Shown: positions 43,953-55,218, counted from the first letter of the stretch. The stretch: 64,000 nt of DNA from an uncultured Alphaproteobacteria bacterium (GCA_902538155.1 CACBDX010000003.1:632-64631), one strand, 5' to 3'. Notes: generated by a model from the letters alone, not told the origin. Translations and numbers: made by a program.

Positions 43953-45503
43953 ATGAAAAATTATCCTATCTGGAAATCATTTACCGTAATATCGTTAGTT
44001 CTATTAGGAATAATTTTTGCAATTCCTTCAATTATTTATGATGAAAATTCCAAAAATTGGTTTTTAAAAAATAAGATTAATCTAGGTTTAGACTTACAAG
44101 GTGGATCATATTTATTATTAGAAGTTCAACTAGATGTTTTATATAAAGAAGAATTAGATAATTTTGTTGATAGTGTTCGTTTGATTTCAAGAGATCAAGC
44201 TGCAAAAATTGAAAAAATTGATATTCAAGAAAATGAGGTTGTTGTTTTTTTTACTAACATTGAGAAGATAAAAGATATTAGAGATAGCTTTTTCCAAATG
44301 TATAGAGGAGTTTCCTTACAAATTAGTAATAATAGACTTAGTATAAAGTTAAATGATGAATATAGAAAAATTATTCAAGACTCAGCAATTAAGCAATCAC
44401 TTGAAATTGTTAGAAAAAGGATTGATGAATCTGGAACTAAAGAACCTTTAATTCAAAGATCTGGTAAAAAGAGAATACTCTTACAATTACCAGGAGTAAA
44501 GGATCCTGAAAGAATTAAAGATTTATTAGGCAAAACTGCAAAATTAACTTTTCACATTGTAGATAATGAGAATACTTCAGCTCTTCAAAATAACTTAGCT
44601 CCTTTTGGAAAAATTATTGTTTCAGATATGTATGATGAAAATACAAAATATTTATTAGATAAAAGAGCAGTTGTTGGTGGAGAAAATTTAGTAGATGCCA
44701 AAGGTTCATTTGATCAAACAGAGGGTCATGCAGTATCTTTCCGTTTTGATACAGAAGGTGCTCAAAAATTTGGTAAAGTCACAACAAACAATATTGGGAA
44801 AAATCTTGCTGTTGTATTAGATGGTGTTGTTATTACAGCTCCTAGAATTAATAGTGCTATTACAGGAGGGTCAGGTATCATAACTGGAAACTTTAATGCC
44901 CAAGAAGCATCTGATTTGGCAGTCTTATTAAGAGCTGGTGCATTGCCAGCGCCTTTAGAAATAGTTGAAGAAAGATCAGTGGGCGCTGGTTTGGGAGCAG
45001 ACTCTATAGCTGCTGGTCAAATAGCTGCTATTATTGGAATGGTTTTTGTATGTATATTTATGATACTAATTTATGGAACTTTTGGCGCTCTTGCTAATGT
45101 TTCTTTAATTGTAAATTTATTTATAATAATTTCATTATTAGGTACTATAGGTGCAACATTAACATTACCTGGTATAGCTGGAATAGTATTAACAATTGGA
45201 ATGGCAGTAGATGCAAATGTTCTAATTTTTGAAAGAATTAAAGAAGAAAGTTTAAAACAAACAAAAGTTTTTCATATTGTAAAAAATGGCTTCGACAGAG
45301 CTATGTCAACTATACTTGATGCCAATATTACAACGCTTATTGCTGCTGTGTTACTATTTGCATTTGGCTCTGGTCCAATTAGAGGTTTTTCAATTACATT
45401 ATCTTTAGGTGTGATAGCATCAATGTTCACAGCTTTAATGCTTACAAATTTTTTAGTATATATGTATTTATCATTTGCAAACAAAAAAGAATTAACATTA
45501 TAA
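43953..45503 (+). CDS. secD: protein translocase subunit SecD
   Basis: 516 aa with GLDLQGGSYLLLEV and the C-terminal 6-TM RND-like domain. Confidence 0.95.
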   Translation: MKNYPIWKSFTVISLVLLGIIFAIPSIIYDENSKNWFLKNKINLGLDLQGGSYLLLEVQLDVLYKEELDNFVDSVRLISRDQAAKIEKIDIQENEVVVFFTNIEKIKDIRDSFFQMYRGVSLQISNNRLSIKLNDEYRKIIQDSAIKQSLEIVRKRIDESGTKEPLIQRSGKKRILLQLPGVKDPERIKDLLGKTAKLTFHIVDNENTSALQNNLAPFGKIIVSDMYDENTKYLLDKRAVVGGENLVDAKGSFDQTEGHAVSFRFDTEGAQKFGKVTTNNIGKNLAVVLDGVVITAPRINSAITGGSGIITGNFNAQEASDLAVLLRAGALPAPLEIVEERSVGAGLGADSIAAGQIAAIIGMVFVCIFMILIYGTFGALANVSLIVNLFIIISLLGTIGATLTLPGIAGIVLTIGMAVDANVLIFERIKEESLKQTKVFHIVKNGFDRAMSTILDANITTLIAAVLLFAFGSGPIRGFSITLSLGVIASMFTALMLTNFLVYMYLSFANKKELTL

Positions 45504-46402
45504 TGTTTGGTTTAAATAAAATTATTCCTGTTGAGCCTAATATTAATTTTTTAGGTTTAAGAAGAAATTTTTTAATTTTTTCTATTTTAGCAATGCTAAT
45601 TTCAATTGTTTTATTAAGTATAAAAGGTTTAAATCTAGGTATTGATTTTAAAGGAGGTACTTTAATCGAAGTTAGTACAAAAAATACTTCAATTGGAGAA
45701 TTAAGAGAAATTTTATCTTCTTCTTATAGTGATGTATCTTTACAAGAATTTGGTAATGAAAATATTATTTTGATTAGACTTCAAAATAAAAGTAATCAAG
45801 AAAGTATAGAGACTGTTAATTCTGTTAAAAATTTAATTCAAGATAAAGTTGTTGAATTTAGGAGATCTGAATTCGTAGGTCCTACAATTAGTTCTGAGCT
45901 ATTGTTTCGAGGTTTTCAAGCAGTCTCTTTTGCATTAATTGCTATTCTAATTTACATTTGGTTGCGTTTTGAATGGCAATTTGGTTTTGGGGCAGTTGTA
46001 GCATTAACTCATGATGTATTATTTACTCTTGGATTGCTGTCTATTTTAAATGTAGAATTTTCTCTTGCAACAATAGCAGCAATTCTAACAATTGCTGGTT
46101 ATTCCATTAATGATACAGTTGTAATATTTGATAGAGTTCGTGAAAATTTGAGAAAATATAAAAAGTTAGAGTTAGTAGATCTATTTAATTTATCAGTTAA
46201 TAATACTTTATCCAGAACTATAATGACAAGTTTAACTACACTTCTTGCTTTAGTATCTTTATTTATTTTTGGAGGAGAGGTTATTAGACCTTTCGCTTTA
46301 ACAATGATTATAGGTGTAATAATCGGAACATATTCATCTGTTTTTATTGCGGTCCCAACTTTATTAATCTTTAAGTTTAGACCGCAAGATGAAGATGATT
46401 AA
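45503..46402 (+). CDS. secF: protein translocase subunit SecF
   Basis: GIDFKGGT motif. Its start overlaps the secD stop. Confidence 0.95.
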   Translation: MFGLNKIIPVEPNINFLGLRRNFLIFSILAMLISIVLLSIKGLNLGIDFKGGTLIEVSTKNTSIGELREILSSSYSDVSLQEFGNENIILIRLQNKSNQESIETVNSVKNLIQDKVVEFRRSEFVGPTISSELLFRGFQAVSFALIAILIYIWLRFEWQFGFGAVVALTHDVLFTLGLLSILNVEFSLATIAAILTIAGYSINDTVVIFDRVRENLRKYKKLELVDLFNLSVNNTLSRTIMTSLTTLLALVSLFIFGGEVIRPFALTMIIGVIIGTYSSVFIAVPTLLIFKFRPQDEDD

Positions 46403-46995
46403 GCGTTATTTAAGTTTTCTGTAACTTTTTCCCAATTAACTAAATTATCAATAAAAGCTTTTAAATAATCAGGTCTTCTGTTTCTATAATCAACATAATA
46501 TGAGTGTTCCCAAACATCACATCCAAGTAGAGGAGTATGACCATGTACAATCGGGTTTTCTCCATTTGGTGTTTTAGTAATTTCTAATTTTCCATTATTT
46601 AGAACTAACCAACACCAACCTGATCCAAATTGACCAATGCCTGCATTTATAAAATCTTCTTTCATTTTTTCTATTGAACCTATATCTGAAACTATCTTAT
46701 TTTCGAGTTCAGAGGGAATTTTTCCATTTGGATTATTTTTCATCACTTCCCAAAAATGAACATGATTTATATGTTGCGCTACATTGTTGAATACTGGAGC
46801 ATTTTTTTGATAAGAGTTGATAACTATATCACTAACGTTATCGTCAGCTATATTTTGTTCTTTAATAAATTTATTTCCATTAGTAATGTAAGCCATGTGA
46901 TGCTTATCATGATGCAACTCTAAAGTTTCTGCCGACATATACGGCATTAGAGCATCTTTACTGTAGGGTAGATCTGGTAACTCTAGATTTATCAT
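46399..46995 (-). CDS. sodB: superoxide dismutase, Fe-type
   Basis: LHHDKHH, AQHINHVHFW (AQ suggests the Fe type) and DVWEHSYY motifs. Confidence 0.9.
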   Translation of the reverse strand: MINLELPDLPYSKDALMPYMSAETLELHHDKHHMAYITNGNKFIKEQNIADDNVSDIVINSYQKNAPVFNNVAQHINHVHFWEVMKNNPNGKIPSELENKIVSDIGSIEKMKEDFINAGIGQFGSGWCWLVLNNGKLEITKTPNGENPIVHGHTPLLGCDVWEHSYYVDYRNRRPDYLKAFIDNLVNWEKVTENLNNA

Positions 46996-47010
46996 TTTAT
47001 TTCCTTTGAT

Positions 47011-49815
47011 TTATAAAATTTTCTTTAAAAATTCACCTGTAAAGCTTTTTTTATTATTTGCAATATCTTCGGGAGTACCAGTTCCAACAATTTGACCACC
47101 TTTCACACCTCCTAGCGGACCCAGATCAATTATATGATCAGCTGTTTTGATAACATCAAGATTATGCTCAATAACGATTACAGTATTACCTTCATCAACA
47201 AGTGTATGAAGAATTTTAAGTAATTTTTTAACATCATCAAAATGAAGACCGGTTGTTGGTTCATCTAGAATATATAGTGTTTTTCCTGTTGATCTTTTTG
47301 ATAATTCTTTTGATAATTTTATTCTTTGTGCTTCACCACCTGACAATGTAGTAGCTGATTGACCTATTTTTATATAATCTAATCCAACATCCATTAAAGT
47401 TTGTAATTTTTGTTTTATTGAAGGAATTTTATCGAAAAATTTATAACCTTCCTCAACAGTCATTTCTAAAACATCAGAAATTGATTTATCTTTATATTTT
47501 ACCTCTAAAGTTTCTCTATTGTATCGTTTTCCTTTACAGATATCGCATTCAACATAAACATCCGCTAAAAAATGCATTTCTATTTTTTTTACTCCGTCTC
47601 CTTCGCATGACTCACATCTACCACCCTTAACATTAAAAGAAAAACGACCTGGTTTATATCCTCTAGCACTTGATTCATTTAAATTTGCAAACCAATCTCT
47701 AATAGGTGTAAAGCAACCTGTGTATGTTGCTGGATTTGATCTTGGTGTTCTTCCAATAGGAGATTGATCTATATCAATTACTTTATCGATATGATTAATG
47801 CCTTTAAAGTTAAAACGACTTTCATCTTTATTTAACGATTTATTAAAATATTCATCTAACCTTTGATATAATGTATCAATTATTAATGAAGATTTTCCAC
47901 TTCCAGAAACACCTGTCACAGTAATAAAATTTCCTAGAGGTAAAGTAACGTTAAGATTATCTAAATTATTTGTTTTAATTTTATTAAGTTTAAAAACTTT
48001 GTTTTTATTAAATTTTCTTCTATTTTTAGGAACTTCAATTTCTAAGGATTTATTCAAATATTTGGCTGTCAAACTTTTATTATTTTTCAGTATTTTCTTA
48101 AGACCTCCCTCTGCAATTATGTGACCTCCGTTAACTCCCGCCTTAACACCAATATCAATTATATGATCAGATTGTCTAATTGCATCTTCATCATGCTCTA
48201 CAACAATAACTGTATTTCCTAAATCTCTTAATCTAAATAAAGTTTCAATTAGTTGCTGATTATCTTTTTGATGTAATCCAATAGATGGTTCATCTAAAAC
48301 ATATAAAACTCCCGTTAAACCAGAACCAATTTGACTTGCCAATCTAATTCTTTGACTTTCACCTCCAGACAAAGTTTTACTAGCTCTTGCCAATGATAGA
48401 TAATCCAAACCAACTCTATTTAGAAAAATTAATCGATCTTTAATTTCTTTAATTACGCCCTCGGCAATTTTTTTATTATTTTTATCCAGTTTACTCTCTA
48501 GTAATGAAAACCAACTTAAACACTCGCTAATTGATTTTTTAGTTATATTTCCAATATGATTTTCATCTATTTTTACAGCTAAAGCTTTTTCGTTAAGACG
48601 ATAACCATTACAAACTTCACAATCTCTCTCTGATAAATATTTTTCTAACTCATATTGAAGCCACCATCTCTCAGTTTCTTCATATTTTCGATCAATAAAA
48701 TTTATTATTCCCTCAAAATCATATAAAAAATTTAATTCACTATTTTCATCTCCATAAAGAATTATATTTTTTACCTTTTTAGGAATATCGCTCCATGGAA
48801 CATTTTTCTTTACTTTAAATTGTTTTAAAATTTTATCTATTGTTTCAACAAAATATTTTTTTTGATAACCAAATACTTTCGTTTCCCATGGTTTAATAGC
48901 TCCATCAGAAATTGATCTAGTCTCATCTGGCACAATCTTGTATTCATCAAAATATTTTTCAACTCCTAATCCATCACACTCTGAACATGCGCCTTGTGGT
49001 GCATTAAAACTAAATAATCGAGGTTCAATTTCTTCAATACTAAATCCAGATACAGGACATGCAAATTTTGATGAAAATACAGATATTTTATTTGTATCCA
49101 AATTTTCTAAATATAACAAACCATCTGATAGTATTAGTGCAACTTCTATACTTTCACTTAATCTTTGTTGAATATTTTTTTTTACAACAAGACGATCAAT
49201 CACAACATCGATATTGTGTTTAAAATTCTTTTTAAGTGAAGGCACTTCATCAATATCATAAACCACATTATCTACTTTTAACCGTTGGTAGCCTCTTTTC
49301 TTTAAATCTTCGATTTCTTTTCTGTATTCACCTTTTCTATCTCTAACTATAGGAGATAAAATATATATTCTCTTATCAATATTATTTTTTATAATTTGAT
49401 CAGTCATTTCACTTACTGATTGTGATTTAATTGGTTTACCTGTTGTTGGAGAGTAGGGAACACCAACTCTAGCATAAAGAACTCTTAGGTAATCATAAAT
49501 TTCAGTAACAGTTCCAACAGTACTACGGGGGTTTTTTTGTGTTGTTTTTTGTTCAATAGAAATAGCTGGTGATAAACCATCAATGCTATCTACATCAGGC
49601 TTATTCATCATTTGAAGAAATTGTCTTGCATATGCTGAGAGACTTTCGACATACTTCCTTTGTCCCTCAGAATAAATTGTATCAAATGCTAAAGTTGATT
49701 TTCCTGATCCACTCACACCAGTTATTACTACAAGTTTATTTTTTGGTATTTCAACATTTATATTTTTTAAATTATGCTCTCTTGCACCTTTAATTGTAAT
49801 TTTATCCTGATTCAT
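47011..49815 (-). CDS. uvrA: excinuclease ABC subunit A
   Basis: 934 aa with two ABC modules (GVSGSGKSTLAFDT, GVSGSGKSSLI) and zinc-finger Cys clusters. Confidence 0.97.
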   Translation of the reverse strand: MNQDKITIKGAREHNLKNINVEIPKNKLVVITGVSGSGKSTLAFDTIYSEGQRKYVESLSAYARQFLQMMNKPDVDSIDGLSPAISIEQKTTQKNPRSTVGTVTEIYDYLRVLYARVGVPYSPTTGKPIKSQSVSEMTDQIIKNNIDKRIYILSPIVRDRKGEYRKEIEDLKKRGYQRLKVDNVVYDIDEVPSLKKNFKHNIDVVIDRLVVKKNIQQRLSESIEVALILSDGLLYLENLDTNKISVFSSKFACPVSGFSIEEIEPRLFSFNAPQGACSECDGLGVEKYFDEYKIVPDETRSISDGAIKPWETKVFGYQKKYFVETIDKILKQFKVKKNVPWSDIPKKVKNIILYGDENSELNFLYDFEGIINFIDRKYEETERWWLQYELEKYLSERDCEVCNGYRLNEKALAVKIDENHIGNITKKSISECLSWFSLLESKLDKNNKKIAEGVIKEIKDRLIFLNRVGLDYLSLARASKTLSGGESQRIRLASQIGSGLTGVLYVLDEPSIGLHQKDNQQLIETLFRLRDLGNTVIVVEHDEDAIRQSDHIIDIGVKAGVNGGHIIAEGGLKKILKNNKSLTAKYLNKSLEIEVPKNRRKFNKNKVFKLNKIKTNNLDNLNVTLPLGNFITVTGVSGSGKSSLIIDTLYQRLDEYFNKSLNKDESRFNFKGINHIDKVIDIDQSPIGRTPRSNPATYTGCFTPIRDWFANLNESSARGYKPGRFSFNVKGGRCESCEGDGVKKIEMHFLADVYVECDICKGKRYNRETLEVKYKDKSISDVLEMTVEEGYKFFDKIPSIKQKLQTLMDVGLDYIKIGQSATTLSGGEAQRIKLSKELSKRSTGKTLYILDEPTTGLHFDDVKKLLKILHTLVDEGNTVIVIEHNLDVIKTADHIIDLGPLGGVKGGQIVGTGTPEDIANNKKSFTGEFLKKIL

Positions 49816-49952
49816 TGATCAATTTTTAATATATCTTAAAAAATATCTAAAAGTAGTGGTTAAAAATAATTAATTATATCAATATTTTTAACATCTTTGG
49901 TTGACTATTTGATACAAATATTATTATTAATAATAAAAATTTGGGAGGAATT

Positions 49953-51554
49953 ATGAATATTTTCAAAAAAATTTCTATTCTCTTTGCTACAGTATTAGTG
50001 TTGTTTTCTAACACATCATACTCCGATACATTCTATGGAGTAGGTGATTCAACAACTGGTACATATGCTGATTGGATGAAAACGGTTTATAACAGAGCAG
50101 GTATGCCTGAACTTTTATCATTACCACTAACTACATTTGATAAAGATTATAATTTAGTTGCTATGGGGGCTGAATCATGGTCACAATCAGATGATGGATT
50201 AACATGGACATTCAAATTAAGGGATGGCCTTGTTTGGAGTGATGGACCTAAACTTAAAGCTAGTGATTATGTATTTGCATTAACTAGAGCCGTCACAACT
50301 GGTTTTGATTTTGGATGGTACTATAGTTTTGCTGCCGGTATCAAAAATTGGAATGCTGTATCAGATGGCTCAAAAGATGTAAGTGAATTAGGAATTAGAG
50401 CAGTTGATGATCTAACAATAGAAGTTACAACTGAGTCAGTAAAACCATATCTTCCTGGCGTATTTTCATTATGGTTCCCTGTCGCTGAACACGCATGGAA
50501 AAAACACGGTGATGAGTATGCTGCAAACGTAGATACTCTTCCATCATCTTATGCTTTCGTTATGGAGAGTTGGGAAAAATCTACAAATAAACAAACATTT
50601 GTAAAAAACCCTACTTATAATGGTCCTTGGCCAGCAAAAATTGATAAAGTAGTTATTGATCCAACAATTGGTGCTCCAGAAGTTGGCTTTCCTGCTTACA
50701 TGGCTGGAGATGCAGATATGACTACTCTAAACGTTGGTCAAATACCTTACGCTAAAAGTAAATTTCCAAATGATTTAAGAACTAATGCAATTTTTGCAGT
50801 TTCTTATATTTCATTTGATCTAACTTCAGCTCCTTTTGATAATGTGGATGTAAGAAAAGCATTATGGTATGCAGTTGATAGAGATGAAATGACAAGTACT
50901 GTCTTAAAAGATCTCGCAATTCCTGGTAAGTCTTTATTGGCTCCTGGTTTCCCAGGTTACAATGAAAAACTTACAGAATACGCGGTCTTTGATCCAGCAA
51001 AAGCTAAAGAGCATTTAGCTAAAGCAGGATATCCAAATGGAGAAGGTTTTCCTGAAATTGAAATTTGGTATCGAGATCAAGGTGGTTACAATGGCGCTAT
51101 TACAGCACCAATGTTGCAATATCTTCAAGCTGAGTACAAAGAACATCTAGGCATTGATATGAAAATTAAAATTATGTCTATTGGTGAATGGTATGATGCT
51201 TTAACAAATAATAAAAATAATCTATTTTTATCGCCATATGAGTATGATTATCTAGATCCAAGTAACTTTTATGGAATCTTTTATAATGGAGGAAGACATA
51301 GCCATTATTTAGATTCTTATGATAAACTTGTGGCTGAAGCAGATGCTCATCCAGATTATAATACGAGATTAGAGTTATATGAAAAAGCTGAAATGGAATT
51401 AATTAATAATGTTTCAATTATTCCACTGATGCACCCTATAACAACATCTCTTGTTAAAGATTCTGTTAAAGGTGATGGACCTAAAAATAATAATCTTGGG
51501 TTTGCACCTCTGAATCAAAGAAGTCATTACTTCTTTACTCATATAACAAAATAA
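49953..51554 (+). CDS. ABC transporter substrate-binding protein, family 5 (peptide/nickel/opine type)
   Basis: Signal peptide MNIFKKISILFATVLVLFSNTSYS. GGGAGG SD at 49943-49948, 4 nt before the ATG at 49953. Length and motifs fit SBP family 5. Confidence 0.85.
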   Translation: MNIFKKISILFATVLVLFSNTSYSDTFYGVGDSTTGTYADWMKTVYNRAGMPELLSLPLTTFDKDYNLVAMGAESWSQSDDGLTWTFKLRDGLVWSDGPKLKASDYVFALTRAVTTGFDFGWYYSFAAGIKNWNAVSDGSKDVSELGIRAVDDLTIEVTTESVKPYLPGVFSLWFPVAEHAWKKHGDEYAANVDTLPSSYAFVMESWEKSTNKQTFVKNPTYNGPWPAKIDKVVIDPTIGAPEVGFPAYMAGDADMTTLNVGQIPYAKSKFPNDLRTNAIFAVSYISFDLTSAPFDNVDVRKALWYAVDRDEMTSTVLKDLAIPGKSLLAPGFPGYNEKLTEYAVFDPAKAKEHLAKAGYPNGEGFPEIEIWYRDQGGYNGAITAPMLQYLQAEYKEHLGIDMKIKIMSIGEWYDALTNNKNNLFLSPYEYDYLDPSNFYGIFYNGGRHSHYLDSYDKLVAEADAHPDYNTRLELYEKAEMELINNVSIIPLMHPITTSLVKDSVKGDGPKNNNLGFAPLNQRSHYFFTHITK

Positions 51555-51569
51555 TATTATTTATTATTT

Positions 51570-51599
51570 ATGCCCCATTATTATGGGGCATATTTTTTT
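51570..51599 (+). terminator. intrinsic terminator/attenuator between the binding-protein gene and the ATPase genes
   Basis: Perfect 8-bp stem ATGCCCCA (51570-51577) / TGGGGCAT (51584-51591) with a 6-nt loop, followed by ATTTTTTT (51592-51599). Confidence 0.8.
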
Positions 51600-51602
51600 C
51601 AG

Positions 51603-52454
51603 ATGAGTATTGTCAAAGTTAAAAATTTAAAAATTAGTTTTAAGCAGTATGATAATATTGTTCATGCAGTAAGAGGTATTTCTTTTGATATTAATCAAGG
51701 AGAAAGCTTAGGGGTTGTTGGTGAGTCTGGCTCAGGTAAATCAGTAACATTTATGACTGTGATGGGATTACTTAATTCTCCAACATCTATCATAGAAGCC
51801 GACTTAATTGAAATTGATGGAATAAATGTTTTAGATCAATCAAAAGAGAATATAAAAAAAATAAGAGGAAAAATTGCAGCAATGGTTTTTCAAGACTCAA
51901 TGACATCTTTTGATCCTCTTCATACAATTGGATATCAAATTGCTGAAACTATAATGATTCATAAAAATATAGATAAAAAAGACGCATTAAAAAAAACAGA
52001 ACATTTACTTGAAAGAGTTGAAATACAAAATGCAAATAAAGTAATTAATTATTACCCTCATCAATTGTCAGGAGGGATGCTTCAAAGAGCTATGATTGCC
52101 ATGGCTTTATCATGTGAACCAAAATTATTGATCGCAGATGAACCAACAACAGCACTTGATGTAACTGTTCAAGCACAAATACTACAATTGTTAACTGATA
52201 TTCAACAAGAAACAAATATGAGCTTTGTAATGATTACCCATGACTTAGGGGTGATTGCAGAAACGGTTGATAGAGTATTAGTTATGTATAGTGGAAAAAT
52301 TATGGAGAATTCAAATGTTTTTGATATTTTCAATAAACCTAAACATCCCTATACAAAAGCTCTTATTGATAGTATTCCAGGGCGAGAACCTGGAAAGAAA
52401 AGACTTAAAGAGATATCTAAAGAAGACAGAGATCTTTGGTATGCAGTAACATAA
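51603..52454 (+). CDS. peptide-type ABC transporter ATP-binding protein (OppD/DppD-like)
   Basis: [16 protein letters not shown] and [12 protein letters not shown] motifs. I chose the start at 51603 because the upstream ATG at 51570 is part of the terminator hairpin. Confidence 0.9.
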   Translation: MSIVKVKNLKISFKQYDNIVHAVRGISFDINQGESLGVVGESGSGKSVTFMTVMGLLNSPTSIIEADLIEIDGINVLDQSKENIKKIRGKIAAMVFQDSMTSFDPLHTIGYQIAETIMIHKNIDKKDALKKTEHLLERVEIQNANKVINYYPHQLSGGMLQRAMIAMALSCEPKLLIADEPTTALDVTVQAQILQLLTDIQQETNMSFVMITHDLGVIAETVDRVLVMYSGKIMENSNVFDIFNKPKHPYTKALIDSIPGREPGKKRLKEISKEDRDLWYAVT

Positions 52455-53411
52455 ATGAACAAAGTTTTAGAATTAAAGAATGTTTCTAAAATTTATTCCG
52501 AAACAAAAAATATTACAAATTTTTTATCAAAGAATGAGGATAATTTTGTAGCTGTTGATAATGTTTCATTTTCTCTTGAGTCTAAAAAAGTTTTAGGTTT
52601 AGTTGGAGAGTCAGGATCTGGAAAATCTACTTGTGCTTTAATGGCTATGAAATTACTGGACATAACTGAAGGTGAAATTTTTGTAAATAATAACAATATT
52701 ACAAATCTAAATTTACAAGAATTAAAAAAATATAGAAAAGAAATGCAAATAGTCTTTCAAGATAGTTATTCTTCACTTGATCCTATGATGACTATATCAA
52801 AAATTATCATTGAACCATTCATCATACATAAATTGCACTCTACAAATGAGCGTAATGAAATAGCAATTGATTTATTAGAAAAAGTAGGATTGAATAAAAC
52901 GTACACCAATAGGTATCCTCATGAATTATCTGGAGGTGAGAGACAACGTGTATCCATTGCAAGAGCGCTTGCTCTTAAACCAAGTATTTTAGTTGCTGAT
53001 GAGCCAACATCTGCTCTTGATGTATGTGTTAAAGCACAAGTAATTAATCTTCTTCAGGACTTACAGGATGAGATGGGGCTTTCAATTTTATTTATAAGTC
53101 ATGAATTAAACGTATTAAGAAGTTTAGCAGATAACATAACTGTTATGTACAGAGGTAGGGTAGTAGAAGAGGCGCCTACAGAGCAAATTTTTGCAAACCC
53201 TATTCATCCATATACAAAATCTTTATTGGACGCTATTCCCAAATTAGATCCCTCATTAAGAAAAAGAAGAACATTTATTGATGATAATTATATTCAATCA
53301 AATATTCCAATTTTTAATCTTAATGATGTTAAATTTGTATCAAAAGATCATTCTGATATTGGTTTTGTTGAGGTTGATAATAATCATTTTGTTGAAGCTA
53401 AGGTAACGTAG
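52455..53411 (+). CDS. peptide-type ABC transporter ATP-binding protein (OppF/DppF-like)
   Basis: [17 protein letters not shown] and LVADEPTSALD motifs. Confidence 0.9.
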   Translation: MNKVLELKNVSKIYSETKNITNFLSKNEDNFVAVDNVSFSLESKKVLGLVGESGSGKSTCALMAMKLLDITEGEIFVNNNNITNLNLQELKKYRKEMQIVFQDSYSSLDPMMTISKIIIEPFIIHKLHSTNERNEIAIDLLEKVGLNKTYTNRYPHELSGGERQRVSIARALALKPSILVADEPTSALDVCVKAQVINLLQDLQDEMGLSILFISHELNVLRSLADNITVMYRGRVVEEAPTEQIFANPIHPYTKSLLDAIPKLDPSLRKRRTFIDDNYIQSNIPIFNLNDVKFVSKDHSDIGFVEVDNNHFVEAKVT

Positions 53412-54347
53412 ATGATTAGGTATATAATTAATAGATTGCTATCGATTGTTTTTACTTTCTTCTTTATTTCAATTTTAGTTTTTATCTTAATGCATGCAAT
53501 ACCTGGCGGACCTTTTGATCCAGTTGATATGCCGTTATCAGACTCTGCAAAAGCAAAAATTTTAAAACAATACGGTTTAGATCAGCCTTTATACGTTCAG
53601 TACTTTAAGTATATGTGGGGAGTATTACAATTTGATTTTGGCATTCCATATCAGAGTCCAGGAGAAACTGTTCTTGAGCTTATTGGAAGAGCTTGGGTGC
53701 CAAGTTTGATTTTAGGTGGATCAGGAGTTCTAATAGGCGCTCCAATAGGTATAGCATTAGGTTTAATTGCTGCAATTAAAAGAAATAGTATTATTGATTA
53801 CATTACTTCAGCTATTTCAACACTTGGACTTACTGTGCCTGTGTTTGTAATCAGTATGTTATTAATTTTGTTGTTTTCTGTTTGGTTGGAATGGCTACCA
53901 GCTTCCGGTTGGGGTGAGCCAAAGAAATGGATATTACCAATTACTGCTTACGCTGCAATACCAATGGCTACTTATGCTCGTTACACACGTTCGGCTATAC
54001 TTGATACTTTGAACAAACCTTTTGTAACTGTGCTTAGAGCTAAAGGATTAAGTGAAAGAAAAATTTTATTTCGACATGTAATTAAAAATTCAGCTATCCC
54101 ACTTGTTACAGTTTTTTTACCAATGTTTATAGGCACAGCAACGGGTAGTATATTTGTTGAAGCAATGTTTAGAGTTCCTGGCTTAGGCGCATATTTTGTA
54201 TCAAGTATTGAGAATAAAGATTACCCTTTAGAGATGTCATTACTCTTAATGATAACAGTAATGTTTTGTTTTGCGTATTTTATTGCCGATCTAATATACG
54301 CATTATTAAATCCACGTATCAGATTAGGTGATAAGAAAAAGCAGTAG
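53412..54347 (+). CDS. peptide-type ABC transporter permease (OppB/DppB-like)
   Basis: 311 aa with the N-terminus MIRYIINRLL and the EAA-like loop region of the BPD family. Confidence 0.9.
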   Translation: MIRYIINRLLSIVFTFFFISILVFILMHAIPGGPFDPVDMPLSDSAKAKILKQYGLDQPLYVQYFKYMWGVLQFDFGIPYQSPGETVLELIGRAWVPSLILGGSGVLIGAPIGIALGLIAAIKRNSIIDYITSAISTLGLTVPVFVISMLLILLFSVWLEWLPASGWGEPKKWILPITAYAAIPMATYARYTRSAILDTLNKPFVTVLRAKGLSERKILFRHVIKNSAIPLVTVFLPMFIGTATGSIFVEAMFRVPGLGAYFVSSIENKDYPLEMSLLLMITVMFCFAYFIADLIYALLNPRIRLGDKKKQ

Positions 54348-54348
54348 T

Positions 54349-55218
54349 ATGGAAAATCAGTATAAAATTAGAAGCCCATTTTTTTACGCAGTAATGCGGT
54401 TAATTTCAAATAGAGCAGCTTTAGTGTCTGGTGTTTTACTATTTCTAATAGTTTTAATGGCAATTTTTGCACCATTAATAACAACAACAAGTTACGAGGA
54501 ACAAAAATTTTTAATGAACAGCTTAGCTTTTCCAAGTCAAGCTCACTGGTTTGGTATTGATGATTTAGGAAGGGATTTATTTTCTCGAATAATTTATGGA
54601 GCTCGAGTGTCACTTACAATTGGTTTTGCAGCAGCGGTTTGTAGTGTTTTTATTGGTTTACCTCTTGGTGCCTTATCTGGTTTTTATGGTGGTAAAGTTG
54701 ATTGGATCATTATGAGAATTATTGAAGTTTTCTCTGTAGTTCCTCCACTCATTGCTGCTCTACTTTTAGCTGCTTTAGTAGATGGCGGTTTCTTTAGTAT
54801 AATATTTATCGCAGGTATTTTTGGATGGGTTCAGGTTTGTTTATTGGTGAGAGCTCAAGTTATGGCATTTAAAGAAAAAGAATTTATACGATCTAGCTTA
54901 GCTTTAGGTGCATCCCCAATGTATGTTATTTTTGTGCACCTAATTCCTAATTCAATATCACCAATAATTGTAGGATTTGTTCAAGCAATACCCTTAGCAA
55001 TGATGTTAGAAGCTGGATTAAGTTTTTTAGGTGTTGGTATTCAACCTCCGCTACCAAGTTGGGGTCAAATGATAAATCTTGGAATTAATTTTATGTTTTT
55101 TTACTGGCATATGGCTCTCTTTCCTACTTTAGCCCTTGCAATCACTGTATTAGTGACAACTTTATTTGGTGATGGATTGCGTGATGCACTTGATCCTACA
55201 TTAAAAGGTAAAAGCTAG
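54349..55218 (+). CDS. peptide-type ABC transporter permease (OppC/DppC-like)
   Basis: HWFGIDDLGRDLFSRIIYGAR is the typical OppC N-terminal motif. The ATG at 54349 lies 2 nt after the upstream stop. Confidence 0.9.
   Translation: MENQYKIRSPFFYAVMRLISNRAALVSGVLLFLIVLMAIFAPLITTTSYEEQKFLMNSLAFPSQAHWFGIDDLGRDLFSRIIYGARVSLTIGFAAAVCSVFIGLPLGALSGFYGGKVDWIIMRIIEVFSVVPPLIAALLLAALVDGGFFSIIFIAGIFGWVQVCLLVRAQVMAFKEKEFIRSSLALGASPMYVIFVHLIPNSISPIIVGFVQAIPLAMMLEAGLSFLGVGIQPPLPSWGQMINLGINFMFFYWHMALFPTLALAITVLVTTLFGDGLRDALDPTLKGKS

Noticed and set aside
49816-49952. An SOS (LexA) operator of the alphaproteobacterial GTTC-N7-GTTC / GAAC-N7-GAAC type upstream of uvrA, and likewise upstream of ssb at 56391-56446.
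   Set aside because: Reading both spacers on both strands, I found no such direct repeat.
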